DNA of 64,000 nucleotides from positions 28,339 to 92,338 of the forward strand of contig CAIKXY010000002.1 of assembly GCA_903831595.1 (NCBI GenBank), written 5' to 3'. A program made the position numbers and the translations under genes. This DNA is from an uncultured bacterium. Its GTDB lineage: Bacteria; Patescibacteriota; Minisyncoccia; Phycocordibacterales; GWA1-40-21. Positions within the stretch are counted from its first letter, which is position 1, and every line of letters begins with the position of its first letter. Shown here one piece after another: positions 26,868 to 36,157 of the stretch. The notes beneath the pieces were generated by a model. The model worked only from the letters and a program-made list of their open reading frames with translations, did no database searches and was not told where the DNA came from.

Positions 26868-26965
26868 GGAGAGGTGTCAGAGTGGGATAAAAGTGAACTG
26901 CTTTACTTTTATCCACAAACGAAGTTTGGGCGGCAACCAATCTGACACTATTCCGAAGGACGACA
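26868..26965 (+). other. Structured element that begins with an exact 18-nt copy of the tRNA-Ser 5' end (a tRNA-fragment-derived element)
   Basis: GGAGAGGTGTCAGAGTGG is identical to 26992-27009. It is followed by nested stems: GTGGGATAAAAG pairs with CTTTTATCCAC, and GTGTCAGA pairs with TCTGACAC. It does not fold as a tRNA. Confidence 0.3.
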
Positions 26966-26991
26966 AATTTGAGTGACAACGAAATATATTT

Positions 26992-27078
26992 GGAGAGGTG
27001 TCAGAGTGGTTGAATGAACCGGTCTTGAAAACCGGAAGGCCGGAAACGGTCTCGCGAGTTCGAATCTCGCCCTCTCCG
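26992..27078 (+). tRNA. tRNA-Ser (anticodon TGA)
   Basis: Acceptor GGAGAGG/CCTCTCC, 3-bp D-stem, anticodon loop CTTGAAA, long variable arm, T-arm GCGAG-TTCGAAT-CTCGC, discriminator G. Confidence 0.7.
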
Positions 27079-27084
27079 CATAAC

Positions 27085-27118
27085 AAAAAGCGCCGCGGAT
27101 TACCGCGGCGCTTTTATT
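27085..27118. terminator. Terminator after tRNA-Ser
   Basis: AAGCGCCGCGG, loop ATTA, CCGCGGCGCTT, then TTATT. Confidence 0.55.
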
Positions 27119-27356
27119 ATTTTGCAATATCTTTATTTTTCCTACCTTTTATATATAGATATACCAAATAGATTATCTCTATAATTCCCGCTGTGTTTAA
27201 AAATCCTAAAATTATAAAAATAGTCAAATGGTTATTTTTTACCGCTTTCCACGAAGCAATAAGCTTCCAAACTATTGACCAAACTAATAAAATAATCACC
27301 CAAGGATTTGCACTCATATAGGAGCTGATTGCCCCGTTTACTATTTGTGTGTTCAT
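27117..27356 (-). CDS. Small membrane protein (79 aa, two TM helices)
   Basis: WVIILLVWSIVWKLIASW and IFIILGFLNTAGIIEIIYLVYLYI. Confidence 0.45.
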   Translation of the reverse strand: MNTQIVNGAISSYMSANPWVIILLVWSIVWKLIASWKAVKNNHLTIFIILGFLNTAGIIEIIYLVYLYIKGRKNKDIAK

Positions 27357-27552
27357 AAGATAATTATAACATAGATGTCTATATTTTGAATACTTGCACC
27401 ATATTTTGTATTATTTTGTGAATTATAGAATGACAAAAGTTGTATATATCTAAAAAATATGAATACTCTTTTAATTTTCAAAAAAAGTGTTACTATTAAT
27501 TAAGATAATAGCTTGATTTTTTGCTATTATTTTTTATATTATTTAACTAAAG

Positions 27553-30500
27553 ATGAATTTAAGAAACATCAAAATAAATCTATCGAATATCTTTAGAAAA
27601 AATATTGGAGAAAGAGTAAAAGTGTGGATAAAAAATCCAATATTCTCCGTTGTAATTGTGGCACTACTTTTTTTTGTAATGGCCGCAGTTTTTATTTTAC
27701 CCAGTTATTCTATTCATAAAGATAATGTAATTAAAAATCTTTCCATTACCCAACTCCCATCTACTCCTGGCCAACCAATAAAATGGATAAAGAAAATTGC
27801 TGTAAATCAAATTAATGAAGACACACATTTGGTGGAGATTCCAAAAATTGCAACAAAAGTTTCAATTTCTACTTCAACAATAAAAAATATCTCCCCAGTA
27901 AAAACCTCTAAACTTACAAACGCAGATAGAAAGAAGCTTTCAGCATTAGCTGCACAAAGAGTAAATTCTACTTCCACACTTCAACTTGCAGAAAAAATAA
28001 AACAACAAAAAATTGAATCAACTAAAAAATTAACTTTTTTTCAAAAAATATTCCGTGCCATTAGAAATTCAATTTCAAATATGTTTGCTACCGTTGAGGA
28101 CGCAGTGGCACCTGCACCTGAGACAACCATTATAGATGTTGCTCCAGTAGTTTCTCTGACACAAGATCAAACACAAACACCAGTATCAACAGATAATTCT
28201 TCAACTCCAATAGCAGATAATTCATCCACAACAACTTCTCCTGATAATTCTATACCAGTACAATCTACATCAACAGATAGCTCTCAATCCACATCCACAG
28301 CTCCCGCTACTCCAGAGATTTCAACAACAAGCGCATCAACAACACAAGATCAATCAGTTTCAACATCATCCACATCAGCTTCAGCACAAAGTACTTCCGC
28401 ATCTACTACATCAACAAGTTCTGACCAATCAATAGCCACTTCTACTGGAACATCCACAGCACTTGTAAATGCATCATCCACAGCATCAACGACGGTAGAT
28501 GTTATATACGAAACTCCAGCACCAACTATCACCGAAGCAAATACTGACACTGGAAAAATTGTCACCATTTCTGCTACGGATACTTCTGACACACCAATAA
28601 CAAACGTCTTAGCTTATGCAAACATCCCAAAAATATATAAAGTAGGCCAAGAAGATAAGATAAAAATAAAATGGGTGAACAACGGCGACCAAAATGTTGT
28701 TTTTAAGGCATATGACTTAAACAAAGATGGATGGCTCGACTACGTAGAATGGACAGTTCCACACCTTTCAACACAAACATTTGAAATTATTTTCATATCA
28801 AAAGCTTTCCAGCTTGATACAGACCAAAGTATTCTCGCAGATATTTATGATTCAGTAAAAACAAAAGATGGGAACTACGCGACAATCAGCGACGGACAAT
28901 ATGTCAGAACAACTTTCAATCAAATTTTGACCAAAGGAAATGACATCACTATTTATGCAAAGCCAACAAACACAAGTGGCTCGGCAAGTATTGAAGTTTA
29001 TCCCGTCTATGTTGACGCAGAAGGTAATCAAACAGAAGGAGACAAGCTTACACTAGTAAATGATGATGTTAATTCAAATTTCGATAATATCAATCACACT
29101 GGCAAATACAGAATTTTGCTAAAAAATCTCGTCACCCCAACAAACATTTTTGACCTAAAAGTCACTGGAAACATAGATATAGATTATATTGTTGACCCTG
29201 TCCCGACACCTTTTATCTCAACATGGGATACAAGAAATACTTCCTCTGGTTCAAGTGCAGACAATCAAATACATATTCCTCTCATAGATCCAGGCCGATT
29301 TGGTAATAATAATACTGATACACAATATGGTTTTACAGTTGATTGGGGAGATGGGAACACCGATACTATTACATCATTCGATGACCCAAATACCACACAC
29401 ACATATTCAACAGCTGGTGTTTATACACTTACGATAACTGGTACGCTTGTCGGTTGGAGTTTTGCGCTGGCCCCTATAAATGATAGTAAAAAAATTATTG
29501 AAATAAGTCAGTGGGGTTCTCTAGTTTTGCTTAATACACTCAATGACAATGATTTTATAAATGGTTGGGCTTCTTATTATTACATAGGCTATTTTGCAGG
29601 GACATCAAATTTAAGCATTACTGCAACTGATACACTCAATACTGCTAGTACAACAGAAATGATGAGCGCTTTTGATGGAAGTGGTATTAGCACTGTTCCC
29701 TCTATGAATAGTTGGGATATGTCAAATGTTAGAAGTATGAACAGTATGTTTGCAAATACTCCAAATTTTAATCAACCTATTGGAAATTGGAAAACCTCAA
29801 ATGTATGGATAATGAAAGATATGTTTGCAAATGCCACGGCGTTTAATCAACCAATTGGGAATTGGGATGTAGGTTCACTTCAAATGGATTCATGCCAAGG
29901 AATGTTTAGAAATGCAACATCTTTTAATCAACCACTAAATGGTTGGCATTTTAGGGCGCCCAATGATTTTAGGTGGATGTTTTCTGGTGCGACTTCATTT
30001 GACCAAAATATTAGTACATTTGATTTTACTAATTTGGGCGGGATTTATTTAGCAGGTATGTTTGATGGAGTTACGCTTTCTACAACAACTTATGATGCCA
30101 TATTGATGGGATGGGGAAATCCAGAACATAACGCAGGTAATTGGCCAACGGGAGTCACTTTTTCCGCTGGCAGTTCCACTTACGACTATTCTGCATCTTT
30201 AGCAAGACAACATCTTGTAAATACTTTGGGTTGGACAATTACTGACGGTGGTCCATCTTGGCCTGCATCAGACGCAACATTACTTATTGCAGCTACAACT
30301 ACAGCTCAGGGTCTAATAGATGCAAATGCACCAGAGTCGACGGATATTCCAGGCAATCATTTACCAGGTTCTCTCGCTACACTTCAAACTGCGCTTGGTG
30401 CAGTATATGCGGATATTAGCTATCCACAAAGCGTCGTCGATGAACAAACTCTTGCACTAAATACTGCCATTGATACTTACAATACATCCCTTGTTTTACC

Positions 30501-33500
30501 ATCAAATGTTGATGCACTAAACAGTGCGAGAAATGACGCTTCTACAATTCTTCTTAATTACTGTAATGATGATTATCGACCTGGTTGTTATCCTGGTTGG
30601 CTTTTTTCTACTCTCAACGGTGTCGTAGAACAATATTCCGCTGTAGATAATACTTACACCCAAGGTGCTGTTGACTGGGCGGCTGGTGCTATACGAGGTG
30701 CAATTGATACTTTTTCTTGGTCACAAATACAACCATCTTATACTGGAAATCTTGAAGGTGCTAGATCACGGGCCCAGGGTACCCTAAATAATTGTAGTAG
30801 TTATGATCAACCAACCTGTTATCCCCCAAGCTCTTTTGAAAGCCTTAGTAGTACTCTGAATTCTTACTCTAGTGTTGATAGCAATTCGCCGCAAGGAGAT
30901 GTTGATAGTGCAACCAATGTAATAAATGATGCATGTAATTCTTTTGATGCCACACAAATACCGCTATCTTACACTGGAAATCTTGACTCTAATCGTCAGT
31001 GGGCTCAATGGATGTGTTGGGACGGCTGTGGTAGTTCCGGACAACATTATTGTTCAGACCGTGATGCTATATGTAGTGCTGCGGGTTCATATTGGGCAGG
31101 TCCCTATGACCCACAAGGTTATGTTGAGAGTATGGCACAACAGATTCAGGCTGCCATAGACACTTATAATTCCTCTCCTTTAATTCCCTACGCTGATACG
31201 TCTGGACTCGATTTTGCTAAAAGTCAAGCTCAAGATTTAATAAATCAAAATGCTCCAGAATCGAGTACACCCGGTGACCATATAGTTGGCTCACTTCAGA
31301 TACTTTCCGGCATTTTATGGTCAAATTATTGGCCTGATATTAACTATCAAAGCAGTGTTGACGCAGCAACAGCGGCAATTAATGATGCGATATCAGCTTA
31401 TTATGCAGCAATCGTGCCATCATCAGATGTTACTGACCTGAACTTTGCTATAAGTGTGGCTCAAACTTTTATTACAGAAAACGCACCAGAGTCTTACACC
31501 CTAGGTAATCATATGCCCGGCTCACTCAGTGCACTTTCTTTGGTCCTTGCATCTGCTACCTCAACGGTAAATGATCCTCAATCTGTTGTCTACACACAAA
31601 CATCTGACTTAAATAATGCTATTAAAATATACAACGCATCTGTAATCAGTGCGTTTATGCCAGATGCATCAAGCGATATAGAATTATCACAGCAGGCTGT
31701 AATTTCAAACAGCATAACAAATCTTTCTGGTATCCTTACACAAAATCAAAGTGTCCATAATCTTATTTTAGGTACGGGTGGATATTTGGATTTGGCTGGT
31801 CACACGTTGACTATATCGGGTACATACACAAATAATGGTGGAACACTTACTGATAGTGTTGGTGGAGGAGCAATGAACATTTCAGGTGCGCATTGGTGGG
31901 AGTATTCAAACGCATCAGAAGTAATAAATGGTGCGACAATAAATTATTTGCCAAATAGCGATGATGTAAACAGCGATGTTTCAATAGGTAGTGATGTTAA
32001 TACAAAGTTATTATTGCATATGGATGGTACAAATGGTTCAAATAATTTTGTTGATAGCGAATTAACCCCTAAAACTGTTACCGCAAATGGCAGTGCACAA
32101 ATAAGTACGACGCTATCAAAATTTGGGGCAAGCGGACAATTTAATGGTTCAACGGATTATTTAACTATTCCGGCAAGTAATGATTTTAATTTTGGAACCG
32201 GAGATTTTACTATTGACGGATGGTTCTATTTTAATAGTCTTGGTACACAAATAATAGCAAGTGATTACAATGCAAATAATGAATGGGGAGATGCTGGTTG
32301 GGCAATGTTTATTGAGTGGGGGCAATTCTCTTTTCTTTCAGCCTCCAGTCATGGGTGGGATAATTGGTCCGTTTATCATTCATCTTTTGTTCCACAAATT
32401 CACACGTGGACACATCTAGCAGTTGTAAGGCATGGAAATGTCTTTACTCTTTATGCAAATGGGCAAAGTGTTATGTCCGGGACATATAATGATGGAACTG
32501 GCAATTATTCTGGGCAACTGGTAATTGGAGCAAGATCCAATGGGAGTGCTTCATTTGATGGTTATATGGATGAATTAAGAATTTCAAAAGGGGTTGCCCG
32601 TTGGACAGATAATTTTACACCATCTAGCTCACCATATGGTTCTGATACAAAAAATATTTCTCTATTTAGAGATTCATATATCAGGAATATTGCCATAAAT
32701 GCAGGCAGTACATTAAATTTGGCTGGTCACTCATTAACTATTTCAGGTACATATACAAATTCTGGAGGAACTCTTACTGATAGTGTTGGTGGTGGTTCAA
32801 TTGATTATGCAGGACCATGGTGGATGCCTATTAATGTTGGCGGAAGTGGTATCACTGTAAATTATTCGGCAAATAGTAGTGAAGTCATCAGTGATTTAGT
32901 TCTAAGTACAAGCACCAGGCTTTATAGAGATGCATATATTCATAATCTTACTTTAGCGACCGGTGGAACTTTAGATTTGAATGGTCACACACTAAATATT
33001 TCTGGACATTGGTGGAATTTTAATAACACAGGTGGAACATTAATTAAAAATGGTGGAACAATAAATTATATATCCAAAATTCCTTATCCTTTAGATACTG
33101 TAAGCGATGCAACAATTGATACATCGATTACTCTTGATAGAGACCAAAGTGTAAACAATCTCACCCTTGCAAGCGGTGGAACTTTAGATTTAAATGGTCA
33201 TACATTAAACGTTTCAGGTAATTGGACAAATTCAGGCGGAACACTTATAAACCATGGTGGCACAGTTAATCTTACTGGAACAAACCAAAGTATTTTGGGT
33301 ACAAACACATTTGCAAATTTAGTTAAACAAACACCTGTTAGTGATTCATTATATTTTGATGGAACTGCATCAACCACTATTACTGACAGTATATCTTTAA
33401 ACGGAAGTTTGGGGAATTTGTTAACAATAAAACCAATAAGTGGAATTAGCAACGGCCTAATCTTGTCCCTCCCTTTTAATTCTCCAAATCCGACAGTCGA

Positions 33501-35544
33501 TATGTCATCCAATAATAACAATATTGTGGTGAGTGGGGCTACATATAATAGTACCGGTGGAATTGATAGTAGTGGAGCATATACATTTAATGGCAGTAAT
33601 GTAATAACCATACCTTCTCTCACTCAAGTCTTTGGTACAAACAATTCATTTACTTTTACTGCTTGGATAAAAGTCCCAAATCCTTGCACTGGTGGCAATG
33701 TAATATTTACAAAATCTGTTGCTTATCAGGATAATGTCGGTGATATGATACTTCAAACTGGTACCAATTGCCATTTGTATGCCACAGTTCAATCAAATTC
33801 AGGATGGTATCCAGGTTTTTTATCTCCATTAGGAACAGCGACATTAACAAGTGATTGGACTTTTGTCGCTTTAACTATAAGTCAAAACAGTTTCAAAACT
33901 TATGTCAATGGACAATTAGATATTAACCGGCCAGGAGTTTCTTTTACAGAAAATATAAATAGCAAGCATTATATTCGCTTGGGTACACAAGGTTCTTCAA
34001 ATAGTGAATTTGGTGAAAGGCCGTCGATGGTTGGTACTATAGATGGAGTAAAAATATTTAATCGACAACTTTCGCAAGAAGAAATATCTTCAATTTATAA
34101 TGCAAGAGAAAGATCAGCAGGAACATTTAGTATTTTAAAGACTGGTTCTGGTAACGTTTCTCTATCACACCTTAGTGTCGCAAGCTCTACAAACTTGAGT
34201 TCAAGTCCATTCGTGTGTACAAAATGTATTAATGGTGGAGGAAACACAAACTGGACATTCACTGCACCAGAGGCCCTTACATCTGTGATTATCTCACCTA
34301 TAAGTCCTACGGTATATGTTGGGGCAACTACAACATTTAGTGCGACAACACTCGACCAATATCAAAATCCGTTTACAGCAACAACTACATGGACAAGTTC
34401 TGCGTCATCTATTGGTACTATAAGTTCATCGACAGGTTTATTTAATGCACTTGCGATTGGTACTACGACAGTCACAGCAACAGCAGGAAATGTCTCATCG
34501 TCAACGCTAGTTACTGTCTCAAGGGTACCACCAAGATTGGGCTCAATTACTATTTCACCTTTATCTCAGACAGTAGGGGTTGGTTCTACTATAGCATTTA
34601 CGTACCATGCACTTGATCAATATGGTGCACCATATAATACTTCAGTTTCATGGACAAGCTCTAATAATTCTGTCGGTTCAATTGATAGTAGTGGATTCTT
34701 TACAGCTGTATCTTCTGGTGCAACTACTATTACGGCGACAGCAGGTAATCTATCAAATTATACATCTGTGATAGTAACGGCACGTGGGAAAAGAGTTTCT
34801 TTGACAGGTGTTGGTGGTGATACTGACACTTCAACATCAACGGCTTCTTCGACCATTTTTAGTGATATTGGTAATGCTATCACAAATCTATTAACGCCAA
34901 AAGAAAAAGTTTTGACCCCAATAAACACGATTGAAATTCCAGTATCAGTGCCAGCTTCATTAAAACTTCCCGAGCTACCAACATTTGCTGGGACATCGAC
35001 AAATTCTTTCACATTTGAGCCAATCATAAATACATTCCTTTCAGCCGCATTACCAGAAGATATTTCAAGCGCTTTAAGTAAATCAAAAGAATTGAAAAAT
35101 TATTTGGCTACAGTTGGTGTGGCAAAAATTCAAGATTTCGTTTCACTTGATCGTAAACCAATAACTGTAGTTGGCTCAACAGTTCCAACTGATTTGTTCT
35201 CTGTGCTAAATGGAACAACAACAATAAAAACTTACATAACAAATGATATAAATTATAAAATAATTCAGACTGTTCGTGTAGCGTCTGGGACGGAACTTAC
35301 GGTTTCTTTTAAGCCAAAGGACAACGACCTAATAACTGGAAAATGGAATGGCAATAAGGTCTCTTTTGTACAGCAAGGAAAACAAGCAGTATTAAAGATA
35401 ATAGCACCTTCAATGCCTGGTAAATATTATTTGAGTACGTCAGCTTCGCCATTACCACTTGTCGTTGAGGTACTTGATCTTAAAACAATACCAATCGCCA
35501 AAACAACTTGGGTGTCGAGGGTTTTGGGGTGGTTTGGGTTGTAG
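27553..35544 (+). CDS. Giant cell-surface protein (2663 aa). It has an N-terminal TM anchor, a Ser/Thr-rich linker, DUF285-type repeats, LamG/concanavalin-like domains, beta-helix-like repeats and two Big_2 Ig-like domains.
   Basis: Signal anchor IFSVVIVALLFFVMAAVFIL. STS-rich tract around aa 200-300. The repeated FANTPNFNQPIGNW.../FANATAFNQPIGNWDV... matches the DUF285/BspA-like type. LLLHMDGTNGSNNFVD...DELRISKGVARWTDNFTP is LamG. The GGTLDLNGHTLNISG repeats look like beta-helix. ISPISPTVYVGATTTFSATTLDQYQNPF... is Big_2, and occurs twice. Confidence 0.65.
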   Translation: MNLRNIKINLSNIFRKNIGERVKVWIKNPIFSVVIVALLFFVMAAVFILPSYSIHKDNVIKNLSITQLPSTPGQPIKWIKKIAVNQINEDTHLVEIPKIATKVSISTSTIKNISPVKTSKLTNADRKKLSALAAQRVNSTSTLQLAEKIKQQKIESTKKLTFFQKIFRAIRNSISNMFATVEDAVAPAPETTIIDVAPVVSLTQDQTQTPVSTDNSSTPIADNSSTTTSPDNSIPVQSTSTDSSQSTSTAPATPEISTTSASTTQDQSVSTSSTSASAQSTSASTTSTSSDQSIATSTGTSTALVNASSTASTTVDVIYETPAPTITEANTDTGKIVTISATDTSDTPITNVLAYANIPKIYKVGQEDKIKIKWVNNGDQNVVFKAYDLNKDGWLDYVEWTVPHLSTQTFEIIFISKAFQLDTDQSILADIYDSVKTKDGNYATISDGQYVRTTFNQILTKGNDITIYAKPTNTSGSASIEVYPVYVDAEGNQTEGDKLTLVNDDVNSNFDNINHTGKYRILLKNLVTPTNIFDLKVTGNIDIDYIVDPVPTPFISTWDTRNTSSGSSADNQIHIPLIDPGRFGNNNTDTQYGFTVDWGDGNTDTITSFDDPNTTHTYSTAGVYTLTITGTLVGWSFALAPINDSKKIIEISQWGSLVLLNTLNDNDFINGWASYYYIGYFAGTSNLSITATDTLNTASTTEMMSAFDGSGISTVPSMNSWDMSNVRSMNSMFANTPNFNQPIGNWKTSNVWIMKDMFANATAFNQPIGNWDVGSLQMDSCQGMFRNATSFNQPLNGWHFRAPNDFRWMFSGATSFDQNISTFDFTNLGGIYLAGMFDGVTLSTTTYDAILMGWGNPEHNAGNWPTGVTFSAGSSTYDYSASLARQHLVNTLGWTITDGGPSWPASDATLLIAATTTAQGLIDANAPESTDIPGNHLPGSLATLQTALGAVYADISYPQSVVDEQTLALNTAIDTYNTSLVLPSNVDALNSARNDASTILLNYCNDDYRPGCYPGWLFSTLNGVVEQYSAVDNTYTQGAVDWAAGAIRGAIDTFSWSQIQPSYTGNLEGARSRAQGTLNNCSSYDQPTCYPPSSFESLSSTLNSYSSVDSNSPQGDVDSATNVINDACNSFDATQIPLSYTGNLDSNRQWAQWMCWDGCGSSGQHYCSDRDAICSAAGSYWAGPYDPQGYVESMAQQIQAAIDTYNSSPLIPYADTSGLDFAKSQAQDLINQNAPESSTPGDHIVGSLQILSGILWSNYWPDINYQSSVDAATAAINDAISAYYAAIVPSSDVTDLNFAISVAQTFITENAPESYTLGNHMPGSLSALSLVLASATSTVNDPQSVVYTQTSDLNNAIKIYNASVISAFMPDASSDIELSQQAVISNSITNLSGILTQNQSVHNLILGTGGYLDLAGHTLTISGTYTNNGGTLTDSVGGGAMNISGAHWWEYSNASEVINGATINYLPNSDDVNSDVSIGSDVNTKLLLHMDGTNGSNNFVDSELTPKTVTANGSAQISTTLSKFGASGQFNGSTDYLTIPASNDFNFGTGDFTIDGWFYFNSLGTQIIASDYNANNEWGDAGWAMFIEWGQFSFLSASSHGWDNWSVYHSSFVPQIHTWTHLAVVRHGNVFTLYANGQSVMSGTYNDGTGNYSGQLVIGARSNGSASFDGYMDELRISKGVARWTDNFTPSSSPYGSDTKNISLFRDSYIRNIAINAGSTLNLAGHSLTISGTYTNSGGTLTDSVGGGSIDYAGPWWMPINVGGSGITVNYSANSSEVISDLVLSTSTRLYRDAYIHNLTLATGGTLDLNGHTLNISGHWWNFNNTGGTLIKNGGTINYISKIPYPLDTVSDATIDTSITLDRDQSVNNLTLASGGTLDLNGHTLNVSGNWTNSGGTLINHGGTVNLTGTNQSILGTNTFANLVKQTPVSDSLYFDGTASTTITDSISLNGSLGNLLTIKPISGISNGLILSLPFNSPNPTVDMSSNNNNIVVSGATYNSTGGIDSSGAYTFNGSNVITIPSLTQVFGTNNSFTFTAWIKVPNPCTGGNVIFTKSVAYQDNVGDMILQTGTNCHLYATVQSNSGWYPGFLSPLGTATLTSDWTFVALTISQNSFKTYVNGQLDINRPGVSFTENINSKHYIRLGTQGSSNSEFGERPSMVGTIDGVKIFNRQLSQEEISSIYNARERSAGTFSILKTGSGNVSLSHLSVASSTNLSSSPFVCTKCINGGGNTNWTFTAPEALTSVIISPISPTVYVGATTTFSATTLDQYQNPFTATTTWTSSASSIGTISSSTGLFNALAIGTTTVTATAGNVSSSTLVTVSRVPPRLGSITISPLSQTVGVGSTIAFTYHALDQYGAPYNTSVSWTSSNNSVGSIDSSGFFTAVSSGATTITATAGNLSNYTSVIVTARGKRVSLTGVGGDTDTSTSTASSTIFSDIGNAITNLLTPKEKVLTPINTIEIPVSVPASLKLPELPTFAGTSTNSFTFEPIINTFLSAALPEDISSALSKSKELKNYLATVGVAKIQDFVSLDRKPITVVGSTVPTDLFSVLNGTTTIKTYITNDINYKIIQTVRVASGTELTVSFKPKDNDLITGKWNGNKVSFVQQGKQAVLKIIAPSMPGKYYLSTSASPLPLVVEVLDLKTIPIAKTTWVSRVLGWFGL

Positions 35545-35610
35545 TAGTGTTGTAAAATAGGAATTGTGATATAATATTTATAAGTTATTAATTAAAATTT
35601 ATTTAAACAT

Positions 35611-35994
35611 ATGAAATTTGAATCAGGAGTTTTAGACAGAGCACGCTTATTTTCAAACTTTCTTTTGATACTTCTTGTTGCTGGAAATATTTTTTTCAGT
35701 ATTCAATATATTACAAATTTACAACAGCAAAATAATGCCCAGACAGACAATACTGTTACAAGAATACAAGCATCAAAATTATTAAAGCTGTTTATTGATG
35801 TGGTGTTAAACACGGAAGGTAAGACTATCTCATACGCAGACCGTGTAGCTCTTGAGAATGATGTTGTTCAAATGAATGATTCAGATATCACAAAAAAATG
35901 GGATACTTTCGTAGCTAGTGCCGATGCAAAATCTGCTCAGTCAAATGCCGTGACACTTATGAAAGCTTTGACCAATAAGTTGTTGTTGAATTAA
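35611..35994 (+). CDS. Hypothetical membrane-anchored protein (127 aa)
   Basis: N-terminal TM helix FLLILLVAGNIFFSIQYI. Otherwise polar. Confidence 0.4.
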   Translation: MKFESGVLDRARLFSNFLLILLVAGNIFFSIQYITNLQQQNNAQTDNTVTRIQASKLLKLFIDVVLNTEGKTISYADRVALENDVVQMNDSDITKKWDTFVASADAKSAQSNAVTLMKALTNKLLLN

Positions 35995-36003
35995 AAAAAT
36001 AAT

Positions 36004-36038
36004 AAAGAGCGGCGCCGCAGGCGCCGCTCTTTTTTGTT
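36004..36038 (+). terminator. Rho-independent terminator. Its stem is identical to the one at 9662-9694.
   Basis: AGAGCGGCGCC, loop GCAG, GGCGCCGCTCT, then TTTTTT. Confidence 0.6.
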
Positions 36039-36048
36039 TAGTATTTGC

Positions 36049-36101
36049 TATATCAGCCATGGCTGATATAACTTGAAGTCAATTACGCCACGGCGTAATT
36101 G
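36049..36101. repeat. Two palindromes downstream of the terminator
   Basis: TATATCAGCCATGGCTGATATA is a perfect 22-nt palindrome. CAATTACGCC-AC-GGCGTAATTG has 10-nt arms. Confidence 0.4.
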
Positions 36102-36157
36102 AGGAAACGATTTCTATATTTAAATAAATCGAATATTATCTCCTCCTTTTATTTTTA

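Noticed and set aside
26877-27086. 69-aa minus-strand ORF
   Set aside because: It overlaps tRNA-Ser and the tRNA-fragment element. It is a translation artefact of tRNA sequence.
28150-28520. Ser/Thr-rich tract in the 2663-aa protein that looks like a tandem nucleotide repeat
   Set aside because: It is compositionally biased (STSAQ-rich) but has no regular unit length at the nucleotide level. It is interpreted as a low-complexity glycosylation or stalk linker, not a repeat array or a CRISPR.
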